Positions 1 to 14,697 are shown, counted from the first letter of the stretch. The stretch is DNA of 64,000 nt from Rebecca billardiae RCC1528 (GCA_965240325.2 OZ251244.1:868001-932000), one strand, 5' to 3'. Notes: generated by a model not told the origin, from the sequence alone. A program made the numbers and translations.

Positions 1-76
1 TCCGGTGCTCAGGTCGCTCAGCCGCCTCCGCCTCCGCCACCCCGTCCCGTCTCCTGCGCGCGCGGCGCCGGCGCAG

Positions 77-424
77 GCGACGATCCGGCAGCGGTGGGAG
101 ATCAAGTCTGACCGGGACATGCCGACGTCGGTGCGGCTGGCGGCGGGCGGGCTGGCGGGCCTCCTCGCGCAGTCAGCCACGTACCCACTCGACATTGTGC
201 GACGGAGGATGCAGGTGGCGCGCAGCGGCGGCGACGCGGGGCGCGAGGCGTGGACCGCGCTCATGCGCCGCATCCTCGTCGAGGAGGGGCTGATCCGTGG
301 GCTGTACAAGGGGCTCTCGATGAACTGGCTCAAGTCGCCGATCGCGATCGCCGTCTCCTTCACCGTCAACGACTCGCTCAAGTACAAGCTGCTTGCGTCG
401 CACGAGGAGGCGGCCGGGCGCTAG
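77..424 (+). CDS. Mitochondrial carrier (SLC25) protein, last exon; resembles CoA-carrier/Graves-disease-carrier types; 5' part lies outside the window
   Basis: GGLAGLLAQSATYPLDIVRRRMQV (Px[DE]xx[KR]xR signature) and EEGLIRGLYKGLSMNWLK. Preceded by a GT(5)...CAG(76) intron; TAG at 422-424. Confidence 0.9.
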   Translation, partial: ATIRQRWEIKSDRDMPTSVRLAAGGLAGLLAQSATYPLDIVRRRMQVARSGGDAGREAWTALMRRILVEEGLIRGLYKGLSMNWLKSPIAIAVSFTVNDSLKYKLLASHEEAAGR

Positions 425-633
425 GCCTAGGCTGCGCACCGCCGCTGGGCGGGCCGCGCCGCGCCAGCCGAGGCCACGCGACGTGCTGGTCACGGGACCC
501 TGCCGAGGCGCCTCTCGTCACCACTGGCACGCAGCCTGCAGCGCGGCAACGTCGTCTCGGCGGTGATCGGATGACGGCGGCTGTCGGTCAGTCGCGGACC
601 GGACTGAGGAGTCGGAGCCAGTCAGGGTGATGA

Positions 634-2496
<1,863 letters not shown>

Positions 2497-2714
2497 TATA
2501 CATATTCTGGTGAACACAGCTTTAAACAATTTTAATTCGTGACAAAGCCCTGGGAGACCCAGCTCCGACCCCCTTTAATTGGGTGTCACCTACTGCTGTC
2601 CAAAGTAATACCGGAGTAGGAATACGAAGAATGGGGCCTCAAACGTTTTTTGATTAGGCACGCCTCGGGAATCGAGAACGCATGTCGTTACCTTTTTGAG
2701 CGCGCGCTATAGGG

Positions 2715-4259
2715 ATGTCGTTGCGATTCCCACAAATCTGGCGGCGATCTTACGGTACCCCCTACCCGGTACCGCCTTTACGCCCTTCCCCAAACTCCCG
2801 CCTCGACGAGGGCGACGAGAGTGTCTTCACCGCCGTGCTCGACATGGCCGCGTCGGCTGGCGATGTCGTGCACGAGATCGATTTGTTCGTGCTGTACGCG
2901 GCGTGTGTCGTGCAGATGAGGAAGCGGAGCGCGGCGGCGTGCGCGCAGTTCGCCAACGTGCGTGCAGCCCTGGCCATTCTCATTCGCCGGTACCGCGGCG
3001 TGGGCGACGCGGGCGGCGCGCGCATTTCGGACGCGCTGTCCAAACACGTCGCGCGCTGGGACGAGCGCGTCGCCGGGCTGCGCGCGTCCGAACTGCGCGA
3101 CGAGCCGTTTGTCGAGCTGGCGCGTCTCGCCGTGCAGCCGCACGACGCCACGCGTTCGGGCGCGCGCGCGCCCGCGGCCTCGCACCCAAGCTGCGAGACG
3201 CCGGCGGCGCTCGACGCGTGCCTCGCGCAGCTGCGCGCGCGGCTGGCGAGCACGCTGAACGACGTGGACGAGGCGCGCAACGCGGAGCGTCGCGACACAC
3301 GCCGCGCGCAACGAGCCGCCCCGCGCGTGGCGCGCGACCCCGCCGCGACCGACGCGGTCGCGCGCCAACACGGCGCGCGGCGGCAGCAGCGCGCACGACG
3401 CACGCGCAACCCCACGCGCCGGCCAGAGCTGCAGCTGCTGCACGACTACCACGCGTCGACGGGCGGCTTCCGCGTGGCGAACAGCATGCGCCTCGCCGCG
3501 CGCCCGCCCGACGCGCCGGATCACGCCGCCACGGTCGTGGAGGTCAAGGCGGACATTCGCGCGTGCGCGGAGCTCACCGACGCGGACGTGGCGCGCGTCA
3601 CGGGGGCGTTCGCGCGCGCGGACGGCGCGGTCACGATGCACGTGTGCGGCGCGTGCGGCATTCGCGACCCGACGATCGCGTACACGCGCAGCGTGCCGCT
3701 CGCCGCGCGGCCCGGCGGGGACGGCTCGATGGTGCAGCAGCACGAGGTCGTGCGCGGCGCGGCGTGGTTGATCGCCGCGCACGGCCTGCTTGACGCCGCG
3801 GGCCGCGCCTCGCGCGCGCGCGACGAGGCGATCGCCCCGGTCAACCACATCGCGCACGAGGGGAAGCTCGAGCGCGCGGGGGCCCTCGCGCCGGGCATCG
3901 CGCCGCAGCTCCACCGGGCGGGCACCTTCCGCGCGCGCCTCGAGCGCTGCCGCGTGCACGACATGGCCTTCGAGAAGTCGGGCAGCGTGCCCGCATCGCT
4001 CGCGCAGCGCGCCGTGGACCTCGAGCTCACGCACGAGCGCGCGGTGAAGAACAACTTCCCAAGCATGCTGTTCTCGGCTGAGCTGGCCACGCTGTTGCTG
4101 GTCGGTCAGTTCTGCGGCGCGATGGACGAGACCTTGATCAGGCCGGCCGCACAGCGCGCGGCGACGCACACGGTCCGCGGCGCCCCGCGGTTCGTCTCCG
4201 AGCCCCGGCCGGCCGACTGGGTCGGCGACGATGTGTACGGCGCGCGCGCGCAGCATTGA
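2715..4259 (+). CDS. Intronless hypothetical ORF (514 aa), possibly transposon (Helitron-like) derived
   Basis: Long ORF with GC3-biased codons and a VCGACG motif, flanked by atypical AT-rich DNA. No Rep or helicase motifs seen. Confidence 0.35.
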   Translation: MSLRFPQIWRRSYGTPYPVPPLRPSPNSRLDEGDESVFTAVLDMAASAGDVVHEIDLFVLYAACVVQMRKRSAAACAQFANVRAALAILIRRYRGVGDAGGARISDALSKHVARWDERVAGLRASELRDEPFVELARLAVQPHDATRSGARAPAASHPSCETPAALDACLAQLRARLASTLNDVDEARNAERRDTRRAQRAAPRVARDPAATDAVARQHGARRQQRARRTRNPTRRPELQLLHDYHASTGGFRVANSMRLAARPPDAPDHAATVVEVKADIRACAELTDADVARVTGAFARADGAVTMHVCGACGIRDPTIAYTRSVPLAARPGGDGSMVQQHEVVRGAAWLIAAHGLLDAAGRASRARDEAIAPVNHIAHEGKLERAGALAPGIAPQLHRAGTFRARLERCRVHDMAFEKSGSVPASLAQRAVDLELTHERAVKNNFPSMLFSAELATLLLVGQFCGAMDETLIRPAAQRAATHTVRGAPRFVSEPRPADWVGDDVYGARAQH

Positions 4260-7200
4260 TGTCGTCGATTCGCGGGATGATGTCGTGCTCAGTGCGTCGC
4301 AACACAGAGCAATTTGTTATATTATATAAATATTTATATTTATAATACATATCATGAATATACTCAGAATAAAAAGCACAGGTGATGCATCAGTCGGCAG
4401 ACCGACACACGTGCCGCCACTGGCTGACACGCGATTGCTCGCACGGCCGCTAAGCAGGCGGCGTTGCGATGATCCGTAATACCCCGCCCCACAGGTCACC
4501 GACCGCAAGCGCACACCAACTCGCCTACGGTGTGACGGCACGCACACGCACGGCGCACATCAGCCTGCATGCAGTCGCTGTAGATTGGCGCACCGGGACA
4601 ATCTGATCGTCCGATCCCCGGCACACCGTCGCGGCGCTCACAGAATACGTTCGCATCGGGTGGGTATTGGAGAGTGGAGACCGTCGCAATCTTGAACGAT
4701 CGTATGCGAGCTTTTATCATGAGCGCGGGCGCCAAAACAAGCGAGGCACGGGGCGGTCATGAATTATTGCAAGATTGTCGATTCACTCGCTCCCATCACA
4801 TCCAACCCATTCCTCATCAGGCGACAAATAATGGCAAATCCTGAATATCGGCATCCATATATTTCACAGCACGTATGCATTCCGCGACGCAGCGGCTCCG
4901 TTGCAGGAAATAGCCGCTAGCCACAGATGTGCGATGCCACCACCTCATCGACAGTCACTGCCCGGCTCGCGTAACTGTCGTACCACAACTTACCACAAGA
5001 CGATCGGAACTTCACACAACACATTGCGGCCGCCCCCTGAATATATTATAAGATTATATTGAATATTAATACGCCATATTATAGCACTATTAGCAGCGCG
5101 CGACTCTAATAGTCTCAATCGGCGCCCGTCGCCGCGCTGTGTTCGACCAGCCCCACCGGGACAAGGCCGCTAGGCCCCCGCTGTTTATGGGCCTCTGCCG
5201 GTAGCACACGGCGCGCGTGCGCGTGACTCAGATAGTAGGTGGGTCCCTCCCAACTGGGGCGATATTCTGGCGCACTCAGAATGACGTCCTAGATTTTGTC
5301 TCTCACCCAGAATCGACGCCATAAATGCGTCCCATCGGGGCGGAGCAAAAGTTTCGACCTCAAAACCTACTCCGCGTGCCGTCGCGCGGCCGAGCGCGCG
5401 CGCGCCGCGCCAGTAGTGTCACATAGAGATTTTGCGAAGCGTCACTTCATGGTTATGGTGGCTAGATGGCGACATGCGATCGGAATTACTTATTGACAAC
5501 CGTTGACACCCGACCGAACCATTTTATGAAGCAAAGAGTGGGGCTCTATGCTGTGCGCTGATACCTCCAACAAACTACAGCAAGATCGAGCATAATACTC
5601 ACTTCATATATAGCCACTTACCCGTATATAGTATGCGTGTTACCCACTTTATATTGACCGTGGATGCGGTTCACTATATATTCAAATTCGTTCCGATATG
5701 TGGGTACGTTTGTTGGGTCATCGAATAGGCGCCGCGCGACGCGGACACAGGCAACCCGGGCCGCAACCGGACTGCCTGCGAGTGGCAGTGTTTGTGGCGG
5801 GCTGCGTGCCGAGGCACACACCATCGCCCGCCACCGAGCATGCCACCGTCGTCACACGGGAGCCCTCCGCCGTCGAGGCTGGACTATCAGCCAACGCCAC
5901 CGCCGGAGCTTGCCGCGTTCGGCGGCTTCCGTGCTCGTACTCCGCGTGTCACCGGTCGTCGTATGCCCACCCGCGTGAGGCCGCCACCAGTCCATGACTA
6001 CCGCAGCTGCAGCCCATGCCGCCGACGATGCCTCCTACCATCTTCTCGCCAGGCAGCAATACGATAGGTTCACCGACGCTGCTGCTAGGCTGAGAGCACT
6101 CAGCCAGTTGGCCGGCGAGACGTCAGATGGTTGAGCTGCTGGCCTAGCCATCACGTTGCGGCTTCCGCTCGCTCAAGTACACCCAACGTGACGACGAGAA
6201 CGTGCCGGGCAATCATCAGACATGCGTCTGAGGGGTCTACTACGCCTAGCCGTAGAGTTGCTGAGTACGAGTCTTCGCAGACCACAAGCGGAACGAGTGG
6301 GACCACCCAGTGGCAGGAGCAACAGCGTGGGGTGGCACCCGCGCCTGTCAACGCGACCGCGTTCTGTCAAGAATGGACCCATATCCTGCGACCACCCTCG
6401 AGCACCACAGGCTGTGCCCACACTCGGCATAGGGAAGGATCGCTGAGCGCCTGCTGCCGCTGTCAAAGGCCCTGCTGATCTTCCTGGCGCTGGATCGTGC
6501 ACACGGATGGCAAGTCGGCGTGCTCGCCGCACATCGCGGCGGCTTCTCAGCATCCCAAGTCCTCAGTGCACCCATCCTAGGCCTGCTGGTCGATGATTGG
6601 TACCAACCCCCACCAAACACGCCCTCTCGGAAGTCGCCAATCGCTTACATGGCTCCCCGAGAGCCCGGGGCTGGCTGTCGTGCGTTCTCACGAGCAGCTT
6701 GCGCACAGCCCAAATGTCACCTTCACGGTGCGTTGAGCTGCTCAAGATGGCGGGAGCGTCAAGAGCATGCCCGTGCACGACACTGACCCATGCCTCCCGT
6801 CGCCTGACCCGCATGTGGCAAAAACTGACCCTGCTCGAAGGCACGGGTCGAACACCCGCCGATCGATTCAAGTTGTCTGTACGCGTCTAGCCGGGCGAGA
6901 GTCAAACATGCGGGCACGTGCCAGGCGGGGGATGTGTGACCACGGATCCCATCCGTGAGCACGCGCAAAGCGCTGGAGCGCGCGATAGGTGTTGGCTGTG
7001 GTCTACCCGACACACGGCGGCTCGGTCGCGCTGGAGAGGCGCTCCGACATCGTCGGGAGCGTTCAGATCGGACCTCGGCCGGCGGCCCGGCGATTTTCCC
7101 GAGCCGCGCCCCGCGCGAAAAGAAATCCGGCGAGAAAACCCGGTAAATGTTTAAAAGACCGCTGGAAAATCGCCAGGGACCCACCTACTGAGATAGCCGC

Positions 7201-7468
7201 GCAGACGTCGTCGTCACCTAAGAGCCCGGAGGCCGGAGGTTATTACTGGCAGGCACCACACTCCACAGCCTGTTACTATTGAGTATGAGGCCCGCCCGTC
7301 CTGCTAGCTGGGCCTGGCTGGACCGCCCGACCATGAGACCGAGTCCGGTGGCCGGTGGCCGTTAACGCTGCCCGGATCCGCGGGACGCGGGTCGAGAGCG
7401 CACGATCGAGTCGTTCGGCAAGGACACGGCCCCCCTTTTTGGCGCGCGCGGTCCCGATCGCGACGAGA

Positions 7469-9181
7469 ATGCTGGACCTCACCACAGCCGGCGTGCTCGT
7501 CGCATGCCTCGCTTGCGCACTCGGTGCCCTCGCCGCCCGGGCGCGCGGCAGTCGCGCGCACAAGGATCTCCCGCCGATGGCGCCGCTGAGCATGCTCGAG
7601 GTCATCGCGAACATGTCCAGCTTATCGCAGACGATGTGGGCGCTCGAGCTCAGCCGACGGTTTGGCGCCGTCTTCCGCTTGCGCATGCCCGTGTGGGCCG
7701 ACTTTGTGTTCTGCGGCGACGGCGACCTCGCGCGGCGCATCCTGCTCGACCCGACCACGCGCAAGCCAGAGTTTCTATACAAGATGGCCGAGGGTACGCG
7801 CCGCTCTGGATGGAGGAGGCGCTCGGCTCGCGCGTTTGCCAGCCTCACGCGCCTGGGCTGCGTGCGCGCTCGTGGTGCGCAGGCCTGACCGGTGACTTCC
7901 CCAACATCTTCGCGTACCGCGACAACTCGACGCACTCCGCGTGGGCGCGCGCGCGCAAGGGCGCCGTGCCAGCGTTCCAGCCGAAGAACCTGCAGGGCCT
8001 GCGCGACGTGTGCTGCGCGCGCATGGAGCGCTGGGTGCGTGACGTGCTCGAGCCCGCGGTCGGTCGGGCAGAGGGCGTGGAGATCCCGTACCACATGCTC
8101 CGCGTCGTGATCGGCGCGATCTGCGAGGCCGGCTTCGGCTACGACCCGAGCGCCGCCGAGTGCGACGCGGCCCTCGGCGCGATCGACGAGCTCTCGAAGG
8201 AATTCTTCCTGCGGCGCACGGCGAACCCGCTGCGCGGCGCGTACGCGTGGGCGACGCTGAGCGGCCGCTCGGCCGCGCGCGCGCGCGGCAGCCTGCTCGA
8301 CTTCACCGGGCGCATGCTCGCGCGCTACCGCGCGCTGCCGGACGCCGAGCGCGCCGCGCGCGCGCACACGCTGATCGGGCTCGTCGACGCGAACGCAGGC
8401 TACCCGACTGACGACCACCGGCTGGCCGACCTGATGATCTACCTGATCGGTGTGCGCGCGCGGCGCGACGCACCGCGCGCCGAGAGGGCCCGGCCAGCCC
8501 CTGAGCCCGCCGCGCCCTCCTCCGCCCGCGCCCGCCGCCGCGCCGCCGCGCCGCCGCGCCGCAGCCGGGCACGACACGACTGCGTACCAACTGTCGTGGG
8601 TGCTGCACGCGCTGGCCAAGCACCCGGAGGCACAGGTCGAGCTGCGCGCCGCGCTGCGCGAGGCGAAGGAGGCCGGGGTGGACCCGTCGGTGAAGTGCAG
8701 GGAGCTGCACGCCGTCGTGCGCGAGACGATGCGGCTCAACTGCGTCGCGTCGGGCGGCTCGATGCGCCAGCCGATGCGCGACTTTGCCACCGCGGACGGG
8801 CGCACGGTGCCGGCGGGCTCGATCGTGTGGGTGAACTTCATGGCGTGCTTCCGGAACAAGGACGCGTTCGAGCAGCCGGACGAGTGGAGGCCCGAGCGCT
8901 GGCTGCGCGCCGACGGCGGCGCGCAGACCGGCGCCGCCGCCGACGGCGCCGCCCCCGACATCGCGCCGGACCCGACCGCCATCTTCCCGTTCTCGCTCGG
9001 CCGGCGCAACTGCATCGGGCAGGCGCTCGCCATGTCCGAGCTGCTCGGCACGCTGCCGCTGCTGATCGGCCGGTACCGCTGGGAGGTGGAGACGGAGCCG
9101 GAGCCGCAGCACTTCCTTACCTTCAAGCCGATCGGCCTGCGGCTGCGCGCGACGCGCGTCTCGGACTCGAGGCAAGGGTAG
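7469..9181 (+). CDS. Cytochrome P450 (~502 aa); exons 7469-7793, 7883-8449, 8565-9181
   Basis: N-terminal TM anchor plus LPP, I-helix AGHDTT (created by splicing), ETMR (ExxR), PERW and heme motif FSLGRRNCIG. Confidence 0.93.
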
Positions 9182-9435
9182 TGCTGTCCCCCGTCCTGCA
9201 GGTCTGTCAGCAGGAACAATGGTCAATGCAGATCGAACGCTGATGAGCACAGTATTCATGTAAACTTTGCCTGTATTGTATATCATGTTGACGAGTCGTT
9301 GACGAACGGTTGACGAACTTGTTACTTGAGGCAGGAATCAAGGTCATCAACCGAGATGCTGCCGCAGTGAGCCAAACAGTGGAACAAGGGATTTCCGGAC
9401 GGCTCGTGGATGCGCAGGGCGCGCGCGCTGGCACC

Positions 9436-11482
9436 ATGACGGCGCAGCAGGCAAGGCAGGATTACATCGACCTGTGCAAGACGGCCAAGTTCGTCGCGAC
9501 CAAGGGCGCCAACGTGCAAGCCGGGTACGAGAGCCTGCAGCAGGTCTCCGCCTGCAAGCTCAGCTTGGAGTGCGATCGCGGCGCACACCTTGGCGGCGGC
9601 AAGACGCGCAGGCTGCTGACGGGCTTCGCCGAGGGAGAGCCACTGGGCGCGGCCTCGATCGTGCTCAAAGACGACCTCGACCTCGACGACTCCGAGCTCG
9701 AGAGCTGGAGGGCCGCCTTCTGGGAGTACGGCTGCCACACGGCTCACGGCCACCTCGTCCTGACGGTCACCATCCGCAACTTCTCGCACTGGGCCAAGTC
9801 CAAGGCCTGCCGGGATGAGGTGCGGGGTGTGAAGCCGGGCCGGCTCTTCGTGTACCTCGAGCACCCGCCCCTCGACACCTTCACGCACCCGGGCCGCGGC
9901 TTCATCGTCGCACTGGACGCGCAGAGCAACAGAGCGTCCACGACCGTCGATGACGGGTACGGGTACCTGTTCTATTACGAGGGCTCGTGGTACGAGGGGG
10001 AGATCCAGGTGCGGCCCGGCGTGAGGGGGAGCCGTCTCGCGAGTGCGTCCGGGCCGGCGCTCGCGCCGCGAGTCGCGCGTGCTGCTGGCCCGCAGCCCCC
10101 CATCTCCCCACCCGCTGGCTCCCACCCACTCCCTACTCACTTGGCGCACGCGTGCGCATGCATGCGCACATCATCTCGTATCTCTCAGGATGGCGTCAAA
10201 CACGGCCAGGGCACGCTTACCTGGGCAGACGGCGCCGTGTACGCGGGCAAGTGGGAGGTGCGCCCACGTGCGCCGGGCGCGCGCAGGCGCCGCGCACGCG
10301 CACGGACGACGGAGCCGCTCCGCCCAGCCGGCTGCCCCCGGGAGCGCGTGCTGACGCTGAGAACCTCGCCATCCGCCCTCCTCCTCCATCCGCCCTCCTC
10401 CTCCCGCCCGGGCGTATTACCTGCTTCCCTGCTCGGGGCCGGCGCGTGCACGACAGGCTGGCAAGAAGCATGGTAGCGGCACGTACATCTGGGCAAATGG
10501 TGACAAGTACGCGGGCGAGTACAAGGTGCGCCCCATGCTTGGCGGCCGCGCGCAGGCGCTGGCGGGCAGCGCACGCGGAGTGGCGCCATCACTCTGCGCT
10601 CGAGCGGCTGACGCACGCCTGCACCCCGCGCGGCCTCTCGCCTCGCCGCCCTGCCGTGCGCCGACCACAGGACGGCGCCCACCACGGCCGGGGCACGTAC
10701 ACCTGGGCAGATGGCCGGAAGTACGTAGGCGACTTTCAGGTGAGTCCACTTCTGGCGAGTGCGTGCGCGAAGCGCAGGGCGGCGTGACGTCGAGCGCCCT
10801 GACTGAGCGCGTCCCATGCGCATCACGGTGCGCTCGTCACAGCAAAACAAGAAGCACGGCCTAGGCAAGCTGTACTACGCAGATGGCTCCAAGTACGTGG
10901 GGGAGTACAAGGTGCGCCCTCGCACACCCGTCGCAAGCGCGCGCGGCGGCGCGCCAGCAACTGGCGGCGCGCCATCCAGTCCCACCGCGTGCAGTGCGCT
11001 GACTGACCGGCGTGCGCGCGCGGCGAACACCGCAGGACGACAAGAAGCACGGCCAGGGTATGTTCGTCTCGCCTGATGGCAGCACGCAGGCAGGCGAGTG
11101 GGAGGTGCGCGGCGCGCGTGCGCACGCGCACTGCGTGTCGATCGAGCGCAACCCGAGCGCATGTCGAGCGGATGGCTGCTGAGAGCACGAGCGCCTTTGC
11201 TCCCCTGACTGATTCGTGCGCATTGCTGCTGATACGCCGTGCTGCGACCGCTCCACCATGCGCCCGCCGATGGCACAGGAAGGCAAGTATGTCGTCACGA
11301 AGTATCAGCCGGCAGGAACCAATGCTGAGCAGCCGCAAATGGCGATTGCTGCTGATGTCGCGGCCGTGGGCGCCACGCCCACGACTGCGGAGCAAGCGAC
11401 GACCATGCCGCGTGCGAAGGCGACGACTGGTGCGAGCACGCCGACGACGCCGACTACGATTGTCATCACGACGACAGTGTAG
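9436..11482 (+). CDS. MORN-repeat protein (~373 aa); exons 9436-10008, 10189-10257, 10457-10525, 10671-10739, 10843-10911, 11036-11104, 11279-11482
   Basis: Repeats of the type DGxKHGxGTYTWADGxxYxGE(W/Y/F)x. All six introns are GT-AG and phase 0. Start codon is tentative. Confidence 0.85.
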
Positions 11483-12739
11483 CAGTGCCGCCACCATTAG
11501 TATATAAGTAGCAGCGGCACTCGTCGTGGCATGACTGCTTGACTGCGTCGACCGGATCAACGCGTTACGGTGTGAATCGCCAAGGCACGGCGGATCAGTC
11601 ATGCCCACTGCTCACATTCGGGGGGCACTGGCTAGGCGCCCCGCGTGCACGTCGTCCGGGGCGTGTTACACACCGGTACGACGGCCGATTGTCCCCACGC
11701 GCATTAGGGGGAAGATCTTATGGCAGACTGGCATCACTCCGTGTCGCCGGTGATGACTCTGCCCGCCCGATCCGAGGCCAGACTGAGAATCTTGACCGTC
11801 ATTCCTTGCAGAATAGTGCCGGCGGCCTCCTTCGCCGGGAGCGCGCATATCAAGTGGGCACAGTGTGTAGGCCATGCTCGACGCTCGACGCGACTCTCCG
11901 CGTGCGTGAGTGTGGATGTGCGCTAGTTGACGGCAATGCGGCGCGCGACGTTGAGGCAGATGGCCGCGCTCTTGACGGCGTGTCCGCGAGTGCGGCAGGA
12001 GCGCCGAGTGCAGGAGCGCTTTGGGCGTGGGTCTTCCAGCAAGACGCCTGGCAACGGGTCCAATGGGATGTTGACCGTCGTGGTCGCGTCTGCGGTGCGC
12101 TTGGGCGACGGGCTCATCCTTGCGGGTGCAGAGGTGCGGGCGGGTCGAGGGAGGGTCTTGCGCGCTCGGAGCACCGCCCGTTCCGCGACAGACGCTCGAG
12201 CAATGGCGCCCTCGGAAGATTCAGGGTTGTAGACTTGTAGCTGAGTAACCCCATACGTACACGGCAGCTCTCCTTATTGCTGCTGTACCGGTGTCCGGTG
12301 ACTCCACCGCCAGTCCGTGCTTGCAGCAGCGATGGCGGCCGGTCGCGCGTCATTGCTCGCCCGAGTGGCGATGGCTTCCGGGAGAGGTCAGAGGATCTCC
12401 GCTGGAGAGGATCTCCGCAGAGGGTCAGCTTCGTTGAGATGGCAATGCGATGATGATAATGATCATCATCAGCTCGATCGCGGCCGATCACGGCGCGGCG
12501 ATGAACTAGACGCTGAGCCGATGACCGGATCAGCCTGTGGTGGCATCTTGTTGGAGAGTCTCACGAATCATGACGGGACTCACTAGTCAAGCTGTGACTA
12601 CAACTTTTCGCGTATACCATGCCGCTTACATGCCGACAAGCCATGACGCAATATGATCATGCCTTTGCAATCTCAACGACAACAGTCCGTGGGCGTGGTT
12701 AGTGGCCTGACCGGCCGCGACATCGTGCGCCACGTGGCG

Positions 12740-14697
12740 TCAGGTGAGCATCGTCATCATCGGGTGGTGGCGAGCGTCGGTGGCCCCGGCCACCGGCTTG
12801 GCGCCGCCGGCCTGGAAGTGGATGTTGGGGACGACGGCGGCGGCCGAGCCGGCGCCGGCGGGCGCGCCGCCCTCGATGCGCACGTGCGCGTCCGGCTTGC
12901 TCGCCGCGAGCGCGGTCAGGTACGCGGTCAGGTCGACGCCGAGCTTGTTGAGCGCGGCGTAGCGCTGCTCGTCCTGCTCGCGCGCGGCGCGCGCCACGTC
13001 GACGCGGATCGCCGCCTGCTCGCGCGCGGCGCGCGTCTCCTCCTCGTGCTCCGCGCGCCGGTGCGCGAGCTGCGCCTGCAGCCGCTCGCCCTCCTGCCGC
13101 AGCGCGGTCGCGTGCTCTGCGTCGGCGAGCTCGGACGCCTGCGCCTGCGCGAGCTTCTCGAGCGCGAGCTTGTGCCGCGCCTCCGCCTCCTTGAGCTCGA
13201 GCTCCTGCTTGGAGCGCTCCTGCCGGCAGCGCAGCTCCATCGCGCGCTTCTCCTGCTCCTCCCGCGCCTGGTCCGCCTCGAGCCGCATGCGCGTGCGGCG
13301 CGTGACCGCCTCGTCGTGCATCTCCTGCAGCTGCGCCGAGGTCGAGTACCCGCGGTACACCACCTTGAGCAGCCGGCAGCCGACCTGCGCCATGCGCGCG
13401 GCGAGGATGGGGAACGAGTCGAGGCTGGAGAGCTGCGCCGAGTGCTGCAGCAGCAGCTCGTAGCTCTGCCCCGCGGCGAAGGTGATCACGTCCGCGCTCG
13501 TCGCTGAGCACATGTCGCCGATCAGGTCGTTGGTCGCGTCGAGCATCGTCTCGATCTGCGCGAGCTCGTAGAAGAGCATCAGGTGCACCGTGATCGACGC
13601 GTCGTCGAGGGTGCGCACGTCGCGGACGGAGAAGTACATCTGGTCGGGCATCTTGCGCAGCGTCTGGAAATTGAGCGCGTGCGGCACCTTCACGTCGCCC
13701 GCGTACCCGGTCTTGGAGCCCTTGCCGTCGCGCGACACCGAGCCGTGCCACGAGAACGTGTGCAGCCTGACGGCAGAGTCAAATCGTCGGGCGGGCGGGG
13801 GCGAGGGCGCGGCTCGTCACCGCGCGCGCGCGCGCTGGGCCGCCGGCCACGGCGTCGGGCGCGCGCGCGCGCGCACCACTCGTTCGCCTCGGGCATGAAG
13901 AGGGCGGGGCCGTGCACGACGCGGCGCTGCACGCGCAGCGCGCCCGCCTGCACGATCGCGCCGCCGTGCTCCGAGCTGTCAGCGTCGGCGGCGCCGGCGG
14001 CGTCAACCGCCGCCGGCGCGTCCGCCGCCGGCTTGGCCTCGAGCGCGCCCACCTCGCAGTCGAGGCGCGCCCACACCGCCGCCGCGCTCGTCAGCTGCCG
14101 GCGGTACACGACCACCGCCTCGTTCGCCGCGAGGCGCACGGCGTCGTGCACGGCGACCGCCTCGTGTTCAAACGCGTTGAACTGCAGCTCGGCGGGGCCG
14201 CGCACGTGCTCCTTGCGCCCGTCGCGGTGCGTGACGACGAGGTACTGCTGGGGCTCGGCGACGTACCGCTCGATCGGCTGCACCTGCATGCGCTCGTGCA
14301 AGTTGGGGTCGAGCACGAGCTCGCACGGGCCGTCGCGCAGCTCGACCTCGCCCGAGCGGTACTGCACGAGGATGCGCTGGTTGGCGTTCGCGACGTGCCG
14401 CGGGATCGGGAGGGTCTGCACGGTCGCGTGCTGGAACGGGTCGCGCGTCACGGTACACGGGCCGTGGCGCCGCTCCGTGCGGCCGTCGCGGAAGACCACC
14501 TCGACGAGCTCGGTCTCGCGCGCGACCACGCGCTCGTGCGGCTTCACCTCGATCAGCCGGTGCGCCAGCGCCTTCCGGCGTAGGTGCGCAGGGCCCGGGA
14601 GGAGCGCGGTGCGGCCGTCGACATGGTGCACGAGCAGGAAGTGATCCTCGTCCGCGCAGTACCGCTCGCCGAGGAAGCAGTCGAGAGCGCGCAGCAT
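12740..14697 (-). CDS. Major vault protein-like / SPFH-shoulder protein (~615 aa); exons 14697-13877, 13766-12740
   Basis: Five ~44-aa repeats (xLVxxRDGRxExxxGP), then RVVHGPALFMPEANEW-LHTFSW...KVPHAL...PDQMYFSVRDVRTLDDASITVHL, resembling the MVP last-repeat/shoulder junction, then a long E/R/Q/A coiled coil. One 110-nt GT-AG intron. Confidence 0.7.

Noticed and set aside
2548-7178. CCCTGG...CCAGGG as TIRs of one 4.6-kb transposon
   Set aside because: Only 6 bp match cleanly and there is no target-site duplication.
10189-11104. Regularly spaced repeats as a CRISPR-like array
   Set aside because: The repeats are degenerate coding exons and the spacers are GT-AG introns; no cas genes, and the DNA is eukaryotic.
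11539-12586. ORFs between the MORN and MVP-like genes
   Set aside because: No codon bias or recognisable motifs.
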